NCBI GenBank assembly: GCA_020137815.1
Contig: CM035355.1
Span: forward strand, 6,386,001-6,450,000
Length of the DNA: 64,000 nt
Direction of reading: 5' to 3'
From: Hormiphora californensis
Lineage: Eukaryota > Animalia > Ctenophora
Both the position numbers and the translations under genes were made by a program. A model generated the notes under the pieces. It was given only the letters and a program-made list of their open reading frames with translations, was not told the origin of the DNA and ran no database searches. Below are positions 13,101 to 25,452 of this stretch, in pieces (the first letter of the stretch is position 1; every line of letters starts with the position of its first letter).

Positions 13101-16100
13101 AGTTAAGTCATAGAGTCCCTAGATCTTGAGATAATTTTACCCACTTCCCTATTCCATTGTTTTTCTAGTTCTGTTATAACTCCTCCCTTTCCCAGGTTTT
13201 CCCAATCCTATTTCCGGTCTGGCATGTCCCTAGCGATGAGGATCGAGGATTCCCAGAAGGAGATGTTCTATTGGATGAGCCCCCTTGGGTGGAAGGTCTG
13301 GGGTGCTGTCATCTTGTTTGGTCTTATTTGTGCTGTCTCCATGTCTAGCTACAGGTGGGTACTACAGAGCTGCCAGACTCTATAGGGTAGTCTGGAGTTT
13401 CATTAGGGGGGTTGGGATGAGAAGGGAGTCAGCAAGTAATGGGTTGGGTATCAACTGGGTTTTTGTTGGTGTTTTTCCACTTCCCATTTTGTGACTTGTG
13501 AAATGTGAAATAAATTATATATTGTTTTTCAGTAAGCTAAGCCCGTTTGGGTACTATGGAAGGTATTGTGCAGCACCCCACTCCGAGTCAACTGATAATT
13601 CTGAGGAGGGTAAAAACAGATTCAACTTCAAAAACTGTCTCTGGTTCATTGTCTCTAGCTTTTTCCAGGTAGAATGCTGGTAGAATGGATTTACATCATT
13701 TAGGCTATTTAGGATACCGGTTCTCCCACGTTCTCTCTCCTAAATTATAGTAACTCTCCTGATGAGTTCTGACCCTTCTCCACCCCACAGCAAGACCCAG
13801 AACCCCTCATATCCCCTGAATACTAAGTAACTATCATCTCTCCACAGCAACGGCTCCCCGCCATTAACCCCCTCATATCCCCTAGATACTAACTCTCCTC
13901 TCTCCACAGCAAGGTCCAGATAACGGGTCCCCACCGTTACCCCCCCCCCCTCATATCCCCTAGATACTAACTATCCTCTCTCCACCCTCCAGCAAGGTCC
14001 AGATAACGGCTCCCCAACCTGTATCTCTGGCAGGATTGTAGCCAGTGCATGGTGGGTGTTTTGTCTTCTTATTATCATTATGTACACAGCCAACCTGACA
14101 GCTAACCTGACTGTGTCAAATATGAAGCGACCCATCGAGTCACTGGAGTCCCTGGCTGAACAAAGCGAGTATCAGTTCGGATCTGTCAAAGGTAGGGATT
14201 CAGATTCGAACTTATGAAACTTGTCTCCTCTTCACAAATTTTATCACTGTCTGGCGGCGCCGACCCGATATGAGCACGATTTGCGAATCAAAACGGGGCC
14301 TTGCAACTACAGACAGCTTTAGCATCAGTTTTAACACAGCCCCTTTCGAAAGGGGCTGTGTTAAAACTGATGCTAAAGCTTTCTTTTACAGGTTCGAGTT
14401 ATGAGAACATCTTCGGTAGCTCCAAGCTGCAGATATACCAGGACCTGGCCAGGAAAATGATATGGCTGAACAGCTCCATAGAGGCATACGACAAGTAGGT
14501 GTGACTCATTAGGTACTCCCCTTTTCCCGCTAAACCGCGAGAAGGTGAAAAGTTGCCGATATTTGATTGAGGGCCGGAATTTCCTTGCTCTATATCATAA
14601 TAAAGGAACAATGCAAGCTGTCGTTTATAGTCAGACCTAACTATCGCATAATCTCACCCACTCATTCCGTGGTAATTTGTATATCTCCCATTTCCTTCAG
14701 GATGCTATCAGACAAGTTTGTGTTCATCTGGGACTCCCCTCAAATCGATTACAACCAAGCATCCTACGATTGTTCCTTTACCCGAGTCGGGGCTGAGTTT
14801 GGATACAGCCCGTATGCCCTGGCATTCCCTAAGAATAACGATACCATGGATCACGTCGTGGATCTCATCGATCGGGTAGGTTGGGTATTAACTGAGGTAG
14901 ATTAAATGTAAATAGGTGCTCGGGTGGGTGATAGGATGGGTGAACGGTGACAGAGTTCTACTCTAGTTATTTTCGGTACATCCTTCTTGACCAACACAGA
15001 GTGTTCTGTCCATGCTGGCCCCTTCTAGAACAACACATTGTATTCAGGAGATCCTATACATGTTAGAGGTTAGTGAGCTAAAGAAAGGGTTCGAGGCGTG
15101 GCTCTCAAACAGTCAGTGTGAACGAGCTATGGGCGGACCTAAGGATGCATTGGACACCAAGGATCTAAAGGTAATACACTATGACTATGACATGTCACAC
15201 TGTATTAAATACAGTGTAGTTACAGGTGTACTTGCACCTTTATGTAGGGGTGAGAGTTCATATCACTCACCCCTAATTTCAACTACGTGGTTCTGAGAGA
15301 TCTGAGTTGTTGAGTTCTCTTCTCTCAAAACAGTTGTTACGATTACAGAGCAACTAACTGATTACCTGTCTGGCGGCGCCGAGGGAGAATCAAAACGGTG
15401 ACTCATGTCTGGCGCCGCCAAACAGCTAACTACCGTCTAAAGCCTCGTTATTTTAGTATTTTGTAATCATGCCAACTGGAACTAATTTCAGGGTGTATAA
15501 TTTGTGGTAACTAGTTAACACTTCGGTATTTGTGGTAACCATAGTAACTAGTTAACATTTCAGGGTGTGTTTGTGGTGATGCTAACGATGTTGTCCCTGA
15601 GTTTCCTGACTTTTATTGGGGAGGTCATCTTTGCTGCATACCTAGATAAACGGGAAAATAAAGACATCGTAAGTGGCCCAAAACTCCATTTAGTACCTAA
15701 TAGTAATACCAGTAGAACCCTAAATAAACAATAATAGTCCTCCATTCTGGCGGCATTTTGCGCTCAGATAGGGCACCACCAGACAGCTTGCCTACTTCCC
15801 TACTAGCTGTGATTGTATTTAACCCCACCTTGCCTCCATCACCCACCCCTGAGCTAAAAGCCCCCTTTTTCAGAGTATGGCTGAGGCGGTAAGAGCACGG
15901 TGGGCCCAGACCGTTACAGCCATGGCAAAGGATCAAGATATCTCCCTGCTGCCCAAGGAGGAGGAGGAGGAGGAGAAACAGGGTCCAATAACACCTGAGA
16001 CCTTTCTGGAGAGGCTGAAGAAGGTCCGGGAGTACAGTCAGGAGAAGAGGAGACAGGTTCAGATGCCCCCATCCGCTTGAAGGACTCCCACCCCCTCTGG

Positions 16101-16220
16101 AGAGAGATCGGACTATGCCTTGCTTGATCCTACCTCACCGCGCCCCAGTTTGAGCAAGATGGTATCAGGTGTTGTGAGAACGGATGGAACTTTATGGAAC
16201 AGTCAGAGTATGACGTGTAG
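10125..16220 (+). CDS. Ionotropic glutamate receptor family subunit (5'-partial; most of the amino-terminal domain not located)
   Basis: In-frame exons ~10125-10193, 10699-10846, 12080-12213, 12384-12509, 12743-12879, 13196-13354, 13533-13668, 13993-14191, 14392-14494, 14701-14875, 15048-15170, 15564-15668, 15874-16056 (or stop at 16080) and 16149-16220. Motifs: [20 protein letters not shown]...[10 protein letters not shown]2 [13 protein letters not shown]3 [15 protein letters not shown]4 LKGVFVVML. Confidence 0.95.
10268..10578 (-). mobile_element. Non-autonomous Helitron (~310 bp) in iGluR intron
   Basis: On -: A|TCTATATTATAAT ... hairpin GCGCACCCAATGGGTGCGC, CTAG|T. No TSD. Two further copies at 51364-51992. 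Confidence 0.8.
10872..11905. mobile_element. Foldback element with 8-bp TSD and ~200-bp internal tandem units in inverted arms
   Basis: TSD TGTCTGTG at 10864-10871 and 11906-11913. TIRs CCCAGGTCAAAATTGTT / AACAATTTTGACCTGGG. About 2 units forward, then about 3 reversed. Confidence 0.85.
14315..14380. repeat. 66-bp perfect palindrome ending 11 nt before an iGluR exon
   Basis: AGCTTTAGCATCAGTTTTAACACAGCCCCTTTC|GAAAGGGGCTGTGTTAAAACTGATGCTAAAGCT. Confidence 0.9.
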
Positions 16221-16267
16221 TGGAACAGTGTGATGAGAGTGAGAGAGAGTGAGAGAGTGAGAGAGAG

Positions 16268-16372
<105 letters not shown>

Positions 16373-16606
16373 CAGCTAACAATGCCAAGACACCCACACA
16401 GAGTGCCTACATTTACACACACATCCAGCTCTTTGTGTTTCCGTTGCAAAGACGCTCTTGTTCGACCTCACTGAATCAACCAACTGCCAGATCCGGTTTC
16501 AATAAACCGATCTTCAGAATTATTGTTTGACCCACTTCCGGTTTCCATACCTATCCCAGAGTCTCAACCTTCCTGTTACCCCAGCAACCCCAGACTCTCT
16601 ATCAGC

Positions 16607-17479
16607 ATGGCCAGTGAGACCCATGAGTTGGACAAATACTTCCTATACGCAGCACACCAAACCCGATCAATTAAAACTCTTCTCAGAGCCTTCTTTGGTT
16701 TCCTGGAACGAAACACAGACTTCTACGAAGCCACCCCTGACGCTTGCCAGCATATGGTGACGGCAGTTTTTCGAGAATTTGAGGAAAAGCACCGTCAACA
16801 GAAAGGGGAGGGGAAGAAGGTACCAGCCGGGCCACCGATCGAGGAAATTACAACTCCTGGTGCCAAGAAGTTGGGGAAGGCAGTTCCCCAGCAACAGGCA
16901 ACACAGGAGAAACAGGAACCTGAGAAATCAGAGAAGACGGAACATGATCATGTGTTCTACACGCCATCTCGGAAAACTAAAAAGGGTTCATTATACCCAA
17001 ATGACGGTGATGGGGCCACATTCCGAACATACAAATGGACCCAAACCCCTGAAGAGTTAGAAATCGAGATCCCACTCTGTCCTGACCATGACAAATCCAC
17101 TGTATCTGTCGACTACACTCCCACCACCATCAGTGTCAAGGTAGGGGAGACGGAGGTTGTTGGAGGGGAATTAGCGGACAGAATCAAATGTGATGAGGTG
17201 ACTTGGACGGTAGAGGATCGGGTTGTGTGTGTGAGGGCTGAAAAAAGGAAAGTGTCGTGGTGGAGACAGCTGGTTGATTCTGAACCATTCATCCTACTGA
17301 AACCTATTCTCAACAAACACGCCGCGATTGGGAATGTCCCAGAGGCAGAAATGAGGAATTTCCAGAAGACGGTGGTGACAAAGGGAGAGTACTCGGAGGA
17401 GCAACATTTGAAGCAGTTTCCAGATGTAATACCAGTCCCACGGAGTATGATCAATCAGGGCCAAAAGAAGGGAGAATGA
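16607..17479 (+). CDS. NudC-family protein (NudC N-terminal helix plus CS/p23 domain), intronless
   Basis: LLRAFFGFLERNTDFY resembles NudC FFSFLRRKTDFF. PNDGDGATFRTYKWTQT...IKCDEVTWTVED...WW is a CS domain. First ATG at 16607. Confidence 0.9.
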   Translation: MASETHELDKYFLYAAHQTRSIKTLLRAFFGFLERNTDFYEATPDACQHMVTAVFREFEEKHRQQKGEGKKVPAGPPIEEITTPGAKKLGKAVPQQQATQEKQEPEKSEKTEHDHVFYTPSRKTKKGSLYPNDGDGATFRTYKWTQTPEELEIEIPLCPDHDKSTVSVDYTPTTISVKVGETEVVGGELADRIKCDEVTWTVEDRVVCVRAEKRKVSWWRQLVDSEPFILLKPILNKHAAIGNVPEAEMRNFQKTVVTKGEYSEEQHLKQFPDVIPVPRSMINQGQKKGE

Positions 17480-18120
17480 GTGAGAGCTGTGTGATTCAGA
17501 TTTTGTGATTAACCTCTAATTTTGTTTAAAATTTGATTGTATTGACTGTTGATAATTCAGATTCGATTTCCGTTAACAAAATATATGTTTTCTGTATTTT
17601 CTCACCAACCCAAATTGACTCAGTAATTGGATTCATCAACTCACACCCACACACCCCTGTCGAAGGAGAGAGATGACCCCGGAAACACACCACACACCCA
17701 ACACGCACCCACCACTGTACGTCAGCAGCTTTATCTCACACCACCCAGCAGCTGCTATTTGCTTCCTGACCGCGCGCACAAGCCCTCGTAGCCGGCAAAT
17801 GCTGACAATACGAGTACTTTGTACAGAGAGCAACGCGCGTGAATTCCTTCGGCGGTGGAATTCCGCTGCCCGCCGCCACGACTCATTTCACTTCCCTGTG
17901 TGCTATGTTGAGGTGGCAGGAGGGGGGGGGGGGGTTGGGAGAGTTTATTGTGAGAGAGAATGGCCAGATATACGGAGAGAAAAAGAGAAAGGGCTGGAAT
18001 GTGATGAGACTGACTCAATTTTCTCTCTCTACCACCCCATTTCACATTCCGGAGGTGACCACATTAAAAAAGTTGTGGTTAATTTAGGACATTTCGTGTG
18101 TCAACAACAACTCAACTTAA

Positions 18121-19423
18121 GGGTACACCTGGCGTTTTTCATCATCGAGTGCCCAACCAAATGACTTCACCAGAGTTTAGGCCATACAAAATGGACCTCA
18201 AATATGCAATTTTAGCCCTTAAGTCGAATTCATATTTTTGCTACAGCCTATTTTCAAAGTGGCGTTTTTTCAATTTTTGTTGAAATTTTTAACCTCAGGA
18301 CCACTTTTTTTGAGATAGAAACATTAAATTCTTGGAATTTGAAGAGAATATAAAGGTGAATAAGCCCAAAGAAGGATTTTTGAAATGGAGCTTATTTCTG
18401 GCCATGAGAACGGTTTACTTTTTTGCTTCTTTGACACGCTGGCTGAGAATGTTCCCATGCTTCATTAGAGATGAAAATCTGGAAATAGTTGCTCAAAACG
18501 ATTATCTATGTGGCCCAAAAATTTTGGAACTTTCCCACCAAAGATGTGGTGTACAGAGCTTTTTTGTGAAACCTGTCTTTTTGAAAAAGAGGGAAATTCC
18601 CTGTATCTCAAAAACGGATGATCGTAGAGACCTGGGACCAAGCTTAATCGATTCAGAAGGTGCGATTTTGGGGGGGTCTTCTGAGAGACATTTTGCTCCT
18701 ACTCCAACCGTTTTTGCTGTAATTGCGAAAAAGGTATCAGCAAGTAAGGGGGAAATCAGCCCGAAGCAGGCTACTGGAATAGAGTTGTTTCCCCTTTTCA
18801 TAGAATTGGTTTTTTGCAATTACAGCAAAATCGGTTGGAGTAGGAGCAAAATGTCTCTCAGAAGACCCCCCCCAAAATCGGACCTTCTGAATCGATTAAG
18901 CTTGGTCCCTGGTCTCTACGATCATCCGTTTTTGAGATACAGGGAATTTCCCTCTTTTTCAAAAAGACAGGTTTCACAAAAAAAGCTCTGTACACCACAT
19001 CTTTGGCGGGAAAGTTCCAAAATTTTTGGGCCACATAGATAATCGTTTTGAGCAACTATTTCCAGATTTTCATCTCTAATGAAGCATGGGAACATTCTCA
19101 GCCAGCGTGTCAAAGAAGCAAAAAAGTAAACCGTTCTCATGGCCAGAAATAAGCTCCATTTCAAAAATCCTTCTTTGGGCTTATTCACCTTTATATTCTC
19201 TTCAAATTCCAAGAATTTAATGTTTCTATCTCAAAAAAAGTGGTCCTGAGGTTAAAAATTTCAACAAAAATTGAAAAAACGCCACTTTGAAAATAGGCTG
19301 TAGCAAAAATATGAATTCGACTTTAGGGCTAAAATTGCATATTTGAGGTCCATTTTGTATGGCCTAAACCCTGGTGAAGTCATTTGGTTGGGCACTCGAT
19401 GATGAAAAACGCCAGGTGTACCC
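18121..19423. mobile_element. 1.3-kb near-perfect palindromic element, TTAA TSD, GG...CC termini (Kolobok-like, non-autonomous)
   Basis: TTAA|GGGTACACCTGGCG...CGCCAGGTGTACCC|TTAA. Arms ~610 bp, spacer ~75 bp. The same spurious ORF appears on both strands. Confidence 0.88.
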
Positions 19424-19479
19424 TTAATTGCCTATCTTGTTGACTGGTGTGTGAGGGAAATAACCAACATCAAGGTGAA

Positions 19480-20572
19480 GCTATCTCTATCTTTCTCTCT
19501 CTTTCTCTCTCTAATTGAGTTACAAGCCTTGTAGGAAAGAAAAGTAATCAGGAAAAACTTCGAGAGTAAATTTGACGGCGGAGAGAGAAAAAACGAGCTA
19601 AGTGTATTTGGCCATGGCCTACTAACTAACAATTTACTCTCCCCCTTTTCTACCTACCAAGTCTTTACTTTTGATTCAACCATATATCTTTGATCTGTAC
19701 CGAAACCTCATGGCCTACTGCAGAACTCTGTGATTTTATCAAATAAAATGTGAGCCTATTGTACCCCATCTTACCACTACGTCTGTGTGTGTTGTCGACC
19801 CCATGAAAACAAGGACCCAAGACCATTGTCTGAGTTCCCTTTCTTTCAGCTCTTTCCGTGTGTTACACAGAGTTGAAAGAAAGGGAAACAGCTACCAGTA
19901 GCCTAGCTCACATAGCATTTTAAATCCTTCTCTGCTCGGCAGATCAACTCTTTCCAGAGAACTGATATGATGTTTGGTATCAATGGGAGTCGTATGTGGA
20001 TAAATAATAGGAAGGGGAGGTGCTATTATTATTTTATTGAACTTACTGAAAGGCACTATGTGTCACGTGACTTAAGAAACACATGAGAATCACATGATCG
20101 CGGGGTAGAGGGAGAGAGAAAGAAGAGAGGGATAGAAAGAGAGAGAAAGCCCAGAGAAAGAAGAAAGGGAGACAGAGATAGTTATGTGAAGGATTATATC
20201 CCATGCAGGTATGATGGGGGAGAGGTATGATCATCTAGTGCTGCTCCTGTACCATATAACATGATGTAAGGGGGTGATGAGTTTACCCAGGATTATTACG
20301 TCACATATTATATCACTCTACATGTCTTGACTATTACAGAGAGACTAATGACTATCCAAATTATGTCACATATAATAAGGTCACTCTACCACTCTACAGT
20401 CTACAACACAGAAACCCCAACTCTCCCTCAGAGGGCAACTTTAGATTCCTTGTGTTTTCTCTATCTCTTTCTGCACAGTACAACTACAGCTGTTTTCACC
20501 TGTACTTGAGTATTAGCTCAACTCATTAGCAGAAGAGACAGTCCAGGTTCCTGTAAAAGAGGGAGAGAGAGA

Positions 20573-20628
<56 letters not shown>

Positions 20629-20933
20629 TAGAGAAAGAGAGAGAGAGAGAAAGAGAGAGAGATATAATATATAGTTAGAGTGAGAATGAGAACGAACTTC
20701 ATTTACATGTGTCATTGTACCAACACAATGTTCTATATAATCGCTCTCTTCACAGTTCCATACCACTTCTAAAGAAGGACACCGAGAAATCACATGCACA
20801 CACAGAGAAATCACACTTCTAAAGAAGAACAGATCTAACAAGGAGATAAAAGAGCACCCAACTGAGAACTCATATAGTAGTCACTCTCCCTCTCTATTTG
20901 TAAAGCCGACTGTACTCTGTAGCGAGAGAGAAC

Positions 20934-20998
<65 letters not shown>

Positions 20999-21294
20999 AA
21001 TAGTGAGCAAGAAAGAGAGAGGGGTGCATGTGCTAATTAAGGATGTGAGTAGTAGCGCGATTATCACACTTTGCGAGTATAACTTTCACTGTAGTGAGAG
21101 GGACATGGAAGAAGAGGAGAGTGAGAGATAGTCGATAAAGAGAAAGGAGTGTATTTTATACAGAGAGACCTGCTGGGAAGATAACACAAGAAATTCGATC
21201 CTCTCTCATCGGAGCTGGGGCGACACGTGACTTATAGCCAATGGGAGAGAACCCTCGCAAGTGGAGGTTGGGTTTCACTCTCAGCGAGAGAGGG

Positions 21295-21365
<71 letters not shown>

Positions 21366-21579
21366 TAGGAAGAGAGAGAGAGAGAGAGATAAAGAGCGAG
21401 AATAAAGATATCTTTCTTTGAGGCTTCACATCCATTCACAGTTCGTCCACCTCTCTCGCTCTTCACACACAGTGCTACACCATCTTCTAGGCAGGAGGGC
21501 TATCTTTCTGCTTTATATTTAGGATGACAAATTCTGTGAGATGAGAGTGATTGGAACAGGGCAGGATGATAGAGAGAGA

Positions 21580-21652
<73 letters not shown>

Positions 21653-22048
21653 AATAATGCGAATTAGAGTCGGGTTGTGTTCTATTCTGGGCACTCTGTG
21701 TATCTGGTTAATGCATGGCTAACACAGCCACAGAGATTAGGAGAATAAAAAGAGGCGAAGGAAGAGGGAAGAAGAGGCAAAGAAAGAGGAAAAGAAAGAC
21801 GGGAAGAAAGAGGAAAAGAAAGAGGGAAAGAAAGACGGAAAGAAAGAGGGAAAGAAAGAGGGGAAGAAAGAAGAAAAGAAAATCCTGAGACGAAGAGAGA
21901 TGTGAGATGTAATAGGACAGTGAGTAAATCGACAGCCACACCTAGGCGATATATATGTCAGGCGATATATATGTCAGAATACAAGCACAGGGAGAGCGAG
22001 TGAGAGAGAGAAGGAAAAGATAGAGAGAGAGAGATAGAGAGAGAGAGA

Positions 22049-22087
<39 letters not shown>

Positions 22088-22090
22088 GAG
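19480..22090. repeat. Cluster of (AG)n microsatellites and purine-rich tracts
   Basis: Long AG runs at ~20560, 20935, 21300, 21575 and 22020. Similar AG/CT runs at 1650, 3295, 4020, 16270, 34100, 36120, 46910, 48260, 53385 and 53900. Confidence 0.95.
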
Positions 22091-23303
22091 AGGAAATTGT
22101 CACTTGAATGATACTGAATATTTCAGCAATATATGCGTGTAACATTTTCTTGAGTGCACGTCACAGGCCGAATAGTAAAAGAAATAAAGGGGAATAAAGG
22201 GGAATAAAGTTCATGTACTAAACGGTCAGAGCTTAGAATTCTCATTATTTAAGAGGGAGAGAGAGAGGTAGCAAGTGTAATCCCGAGACCTCATAACCAC
22301 TCCATAACCACTCCATAACCACTCACAGCATCTTCCTTGTCTAGCCATTTTATATGCAATGTGGAATTGCCCCAGAAGACAAGATAGTACGTTCTCCCTC
22401 CCTCTTTCTCTCTCTTCAAAAGAGATAGCAGTGTCACATTTCACATTATCTCCCCTAGCACCCACCTACAAGACGGAGATAACTCTATCTCGCGTCCAAT
22501 GTGTGCTTGGCACTGATCACGTGACATTCTCCATTGACCAATGAGAATCAAGGAAACCAGACACGTGATACAATCCGACCAATCACAAGCAAACTCGATT
22601 ACGACAGCAGCAGCAACAGGGTGTTCCCTAATCTTGTTTCTTCCTCCCCCTCTCTAGAGAGGGGAGCCAGGAGGAGGGTGTAGTGTGACGTGTTACTAGA
22701 ATAGTACAGCTGTGTGTGGGCTGATCAGCATATTTAATTTGAGGGGTCAGGCCGGGTCAGGTGTGTCGCAGTTAGAGTCACTCTACAGAACCCTCACAGA
22801 GCGGTGTGAGCTACTCACAGAGAGAAGAGAATGGTCGAGTGAACAGGTGAGATGTGGGGTATGAGTGCAAAACGGTCTTGTTTTATGAGACAGGAGTATC
22901 CAGGAGACAATTATGAACCGTACTTTTGGATGACTGGACGAGAGAAAGAAAGTCTGAGAGATATATATTGAGTTATTCTTTCATTTTATTTGATTCAGCC
23001 CCACACAGATAGCTGATGAATGTTTGTGGTAGTACCCCACTGTGCAGATTGGTCTCTTACAATAACAATCACCCCCACCAGTGTAGTACGTGGTTGTACA
23101 AACAAACGACATGGTTGGGCCGCAATCTCTCTCTATCTCCTTTTCTTTTTTTTTCTCTCTCTCTCTCTCTCTCATTTTTGTCTCTCTCCTCCATTCTAAA
23201 TTGAATAACCAAATAGAGTCTGGTTGGTATTGTCTCACTCGGTCACTCAGTAACTCAGACAGACTGAATATATGCATAAAAAAGTGTTTTCGGTTCAGGG
23301 ATA

Positions 23304-24637
23304 GGCAGGTGAGTAGAACTTCGCTCCCAATAAAAGGCTGCAATAAAAGGCTGCAGAAAAAGGCTGCAGAAAAAGGCTGCAGTAAAAGGCTGCAGTAAAA
23401 GGCTGCAGTAAAAGGCTGCAGTAAAAGGCTGCAGTAAAAGGCTGCAGTAAAAGGCTGCAAGGGATCACGTATCTAACCAGACTAAAGCGGGGAATAGACC
23501 GAATCGTCCTACCCTAATAGTGTTTCGTATCACGTATCGGCTGTAGAGAGACCGAATCACCCTCCCCTAATTATAGTGATTCGTGTCACGTATCCAACTA
23601 GAGCATATGCGATAGAGAGCGAGATAGAGAGCGAGTACGAGTGAGAACTGAGAGAGTGAAAAATCAGAATCACGGTATGGTATCACGTACCATGGTATCC
23701 TCTAATGAAAAGCGGTTACCAATTGACAATGAGACCTCATCGGTCCCGATACGTGATTCTCTACCGCTATGTATTCTCCATTAGTCTTTCCGTATCGATC
23801 CACGATTCAGTAGAGGTAGTCAGTAACTACTGAGAGTGTTGGTCTAATGAGGTAGCTACCTACCGGTACGATAGATCCATTGATTGAGCGTGTAGCACAA
23901 TGACAGGTGAACCACCCAACCACTTGGTTCACCTATCATAGTATTATGTGTGATTCCGCTCTACTGAATTGTGTACATAAAGACTATTGGCGAATAACGG
24001 TAGAAAATCAGTAATCACGTATTGGCACCGATTAGGTGAAATTATAGGTAACCGCCTTTCATTTAATTAACCAACACTCTCAGTAGTTACTGACTACCTC
24101 TACTGAATCGTTGATCGATACGGAAAGACTAATGGAGAATACATAGCGGTAGAGAATCACGTATCGGGACCGATGAGGTCTCATTGTCAATTGGTAACCG
24201 CTTTTCATTAGAGGATACCATGGTACGTGATACCATACCGTGATTCTGATTTTTCACTCTCTCAGTTCTCACTCGTACTCGCTCTCTATCTCGGTCTCTC
24301 TATCGCCTATGGTCTAGTTGGATACGTGACACGAATCACTATAATTAGGGGAGGGTGATTCGGTCTCTCTACAGCCGATACGTGATACGAAACACTATTA
24401 GGGTAGGACGATTCGGTCTATTCCCCGCTTTAGTCTGGTTAGATACGTGATCCCTTGCAGTCTTTTACTGCAGCCTTTTACTGCAGCCTTTTACTGCAGC
24501 CTTTTACTGCAGCCTTTTACTGCAGCCTTTTACTGCAGCCTTTTACTGCAGCCTTTTACTGCAGCCTTTTACTGCAGCCTTTTTCTGCAGCCTTTTTCTG
24601 CAGCCTTTTATTAGGAGCGAAGTTCTACTCACCTGCC
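23304..24637. mobile_element. 1.3-kb foldback element with 8-bp TSD and subterminal 13-bp tandem repeats (Merlin/MULE-like)
   Basis: TSD CAGGGATA at 23296-23303 and 24638-24645. TIR GGCAGGTGAGTAGAACTTCGCTCC. (TAAAAGGCTGCAG)n arrays in both arms. Spacer ~23846-24069. Confidence 0.88.
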
Positions 24638-25452
24638 CAGGGATAATGTATGGCGGCTCAACCAGGTCAAATAAAAGGTAAAACACGGTTTTTTCTGTTT
24701 TTTCTTAACAGTACAATGGGCATAAGGACAAAGTGGAATTTGAAAAATGCGCGAATTATAGTGTTAAAAAACCATTTGAAAACTCTCTAACACACCTAGC
24801 TCCAAAATAATAAGAGATATCACAACTGGGAAAAAGATGGGACGAAAAAACAACAAAAAAGGGGGATAGTGCGTATCTTTGTCGTCAACAATCGCTCTCT
24901 ATCTTTCTCGCAATCTCTCAAGCTCAAGACAAGGGGGAGATGGGATTCATCCCTCAGGGGATAAAGAAGACTTGGGACGCGGTGTTGGTCGTAAGTAATG
25001 GGTGGCCTATATATATAACAAAGATATATCATATATATCACACATTCCTTCTCGAAACTTTTTATATCTTTCTATCACTCTCCATCGACTATAATGCCCT
25101 CTTCCCAAGCCCATTTCTATCTCTCACAAGAAGAGAGAGATAATAGGAGGAATAGGACAAAAAGAGGTATGGCTAGCGACATATCAATCAATCATTTACA
25201 AAACCAGGGTTAGACACACACAAAAAAAGATAAAGGGTGGAAGATTTGGGGGGAAAAGGGGTACACTTGTCCTAAAAACAGGGTCCCATTTCAACGTTAT
25301 CGAATAAGAGATGAGGAACATGGTTGGGGTGAATACTAGTAGCAAATATTAGAGATACATCTAACAAGCAAATATAGCTCCTTTCCATCACTCTCTTTCT
25401 CTACTACACACAATCCACCCGTCACATGTATTCCTCTCGATCTCGGTTTTCT

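Noticed and set aside
17673-18164. 163-aa ORF downstream of NudC
   Set aside because: No recognisable motif, it runs into a transposon end, and there is no convincing splice structure.
18332-19212. 236-aa ORF and its mirror ORF on the opposite strand
   Set aside because: They lie within a palindromic non-autonomous element and show no transposase motifs. The same applies to mirrored ORFs at 28176-29342 and 44234-45913.
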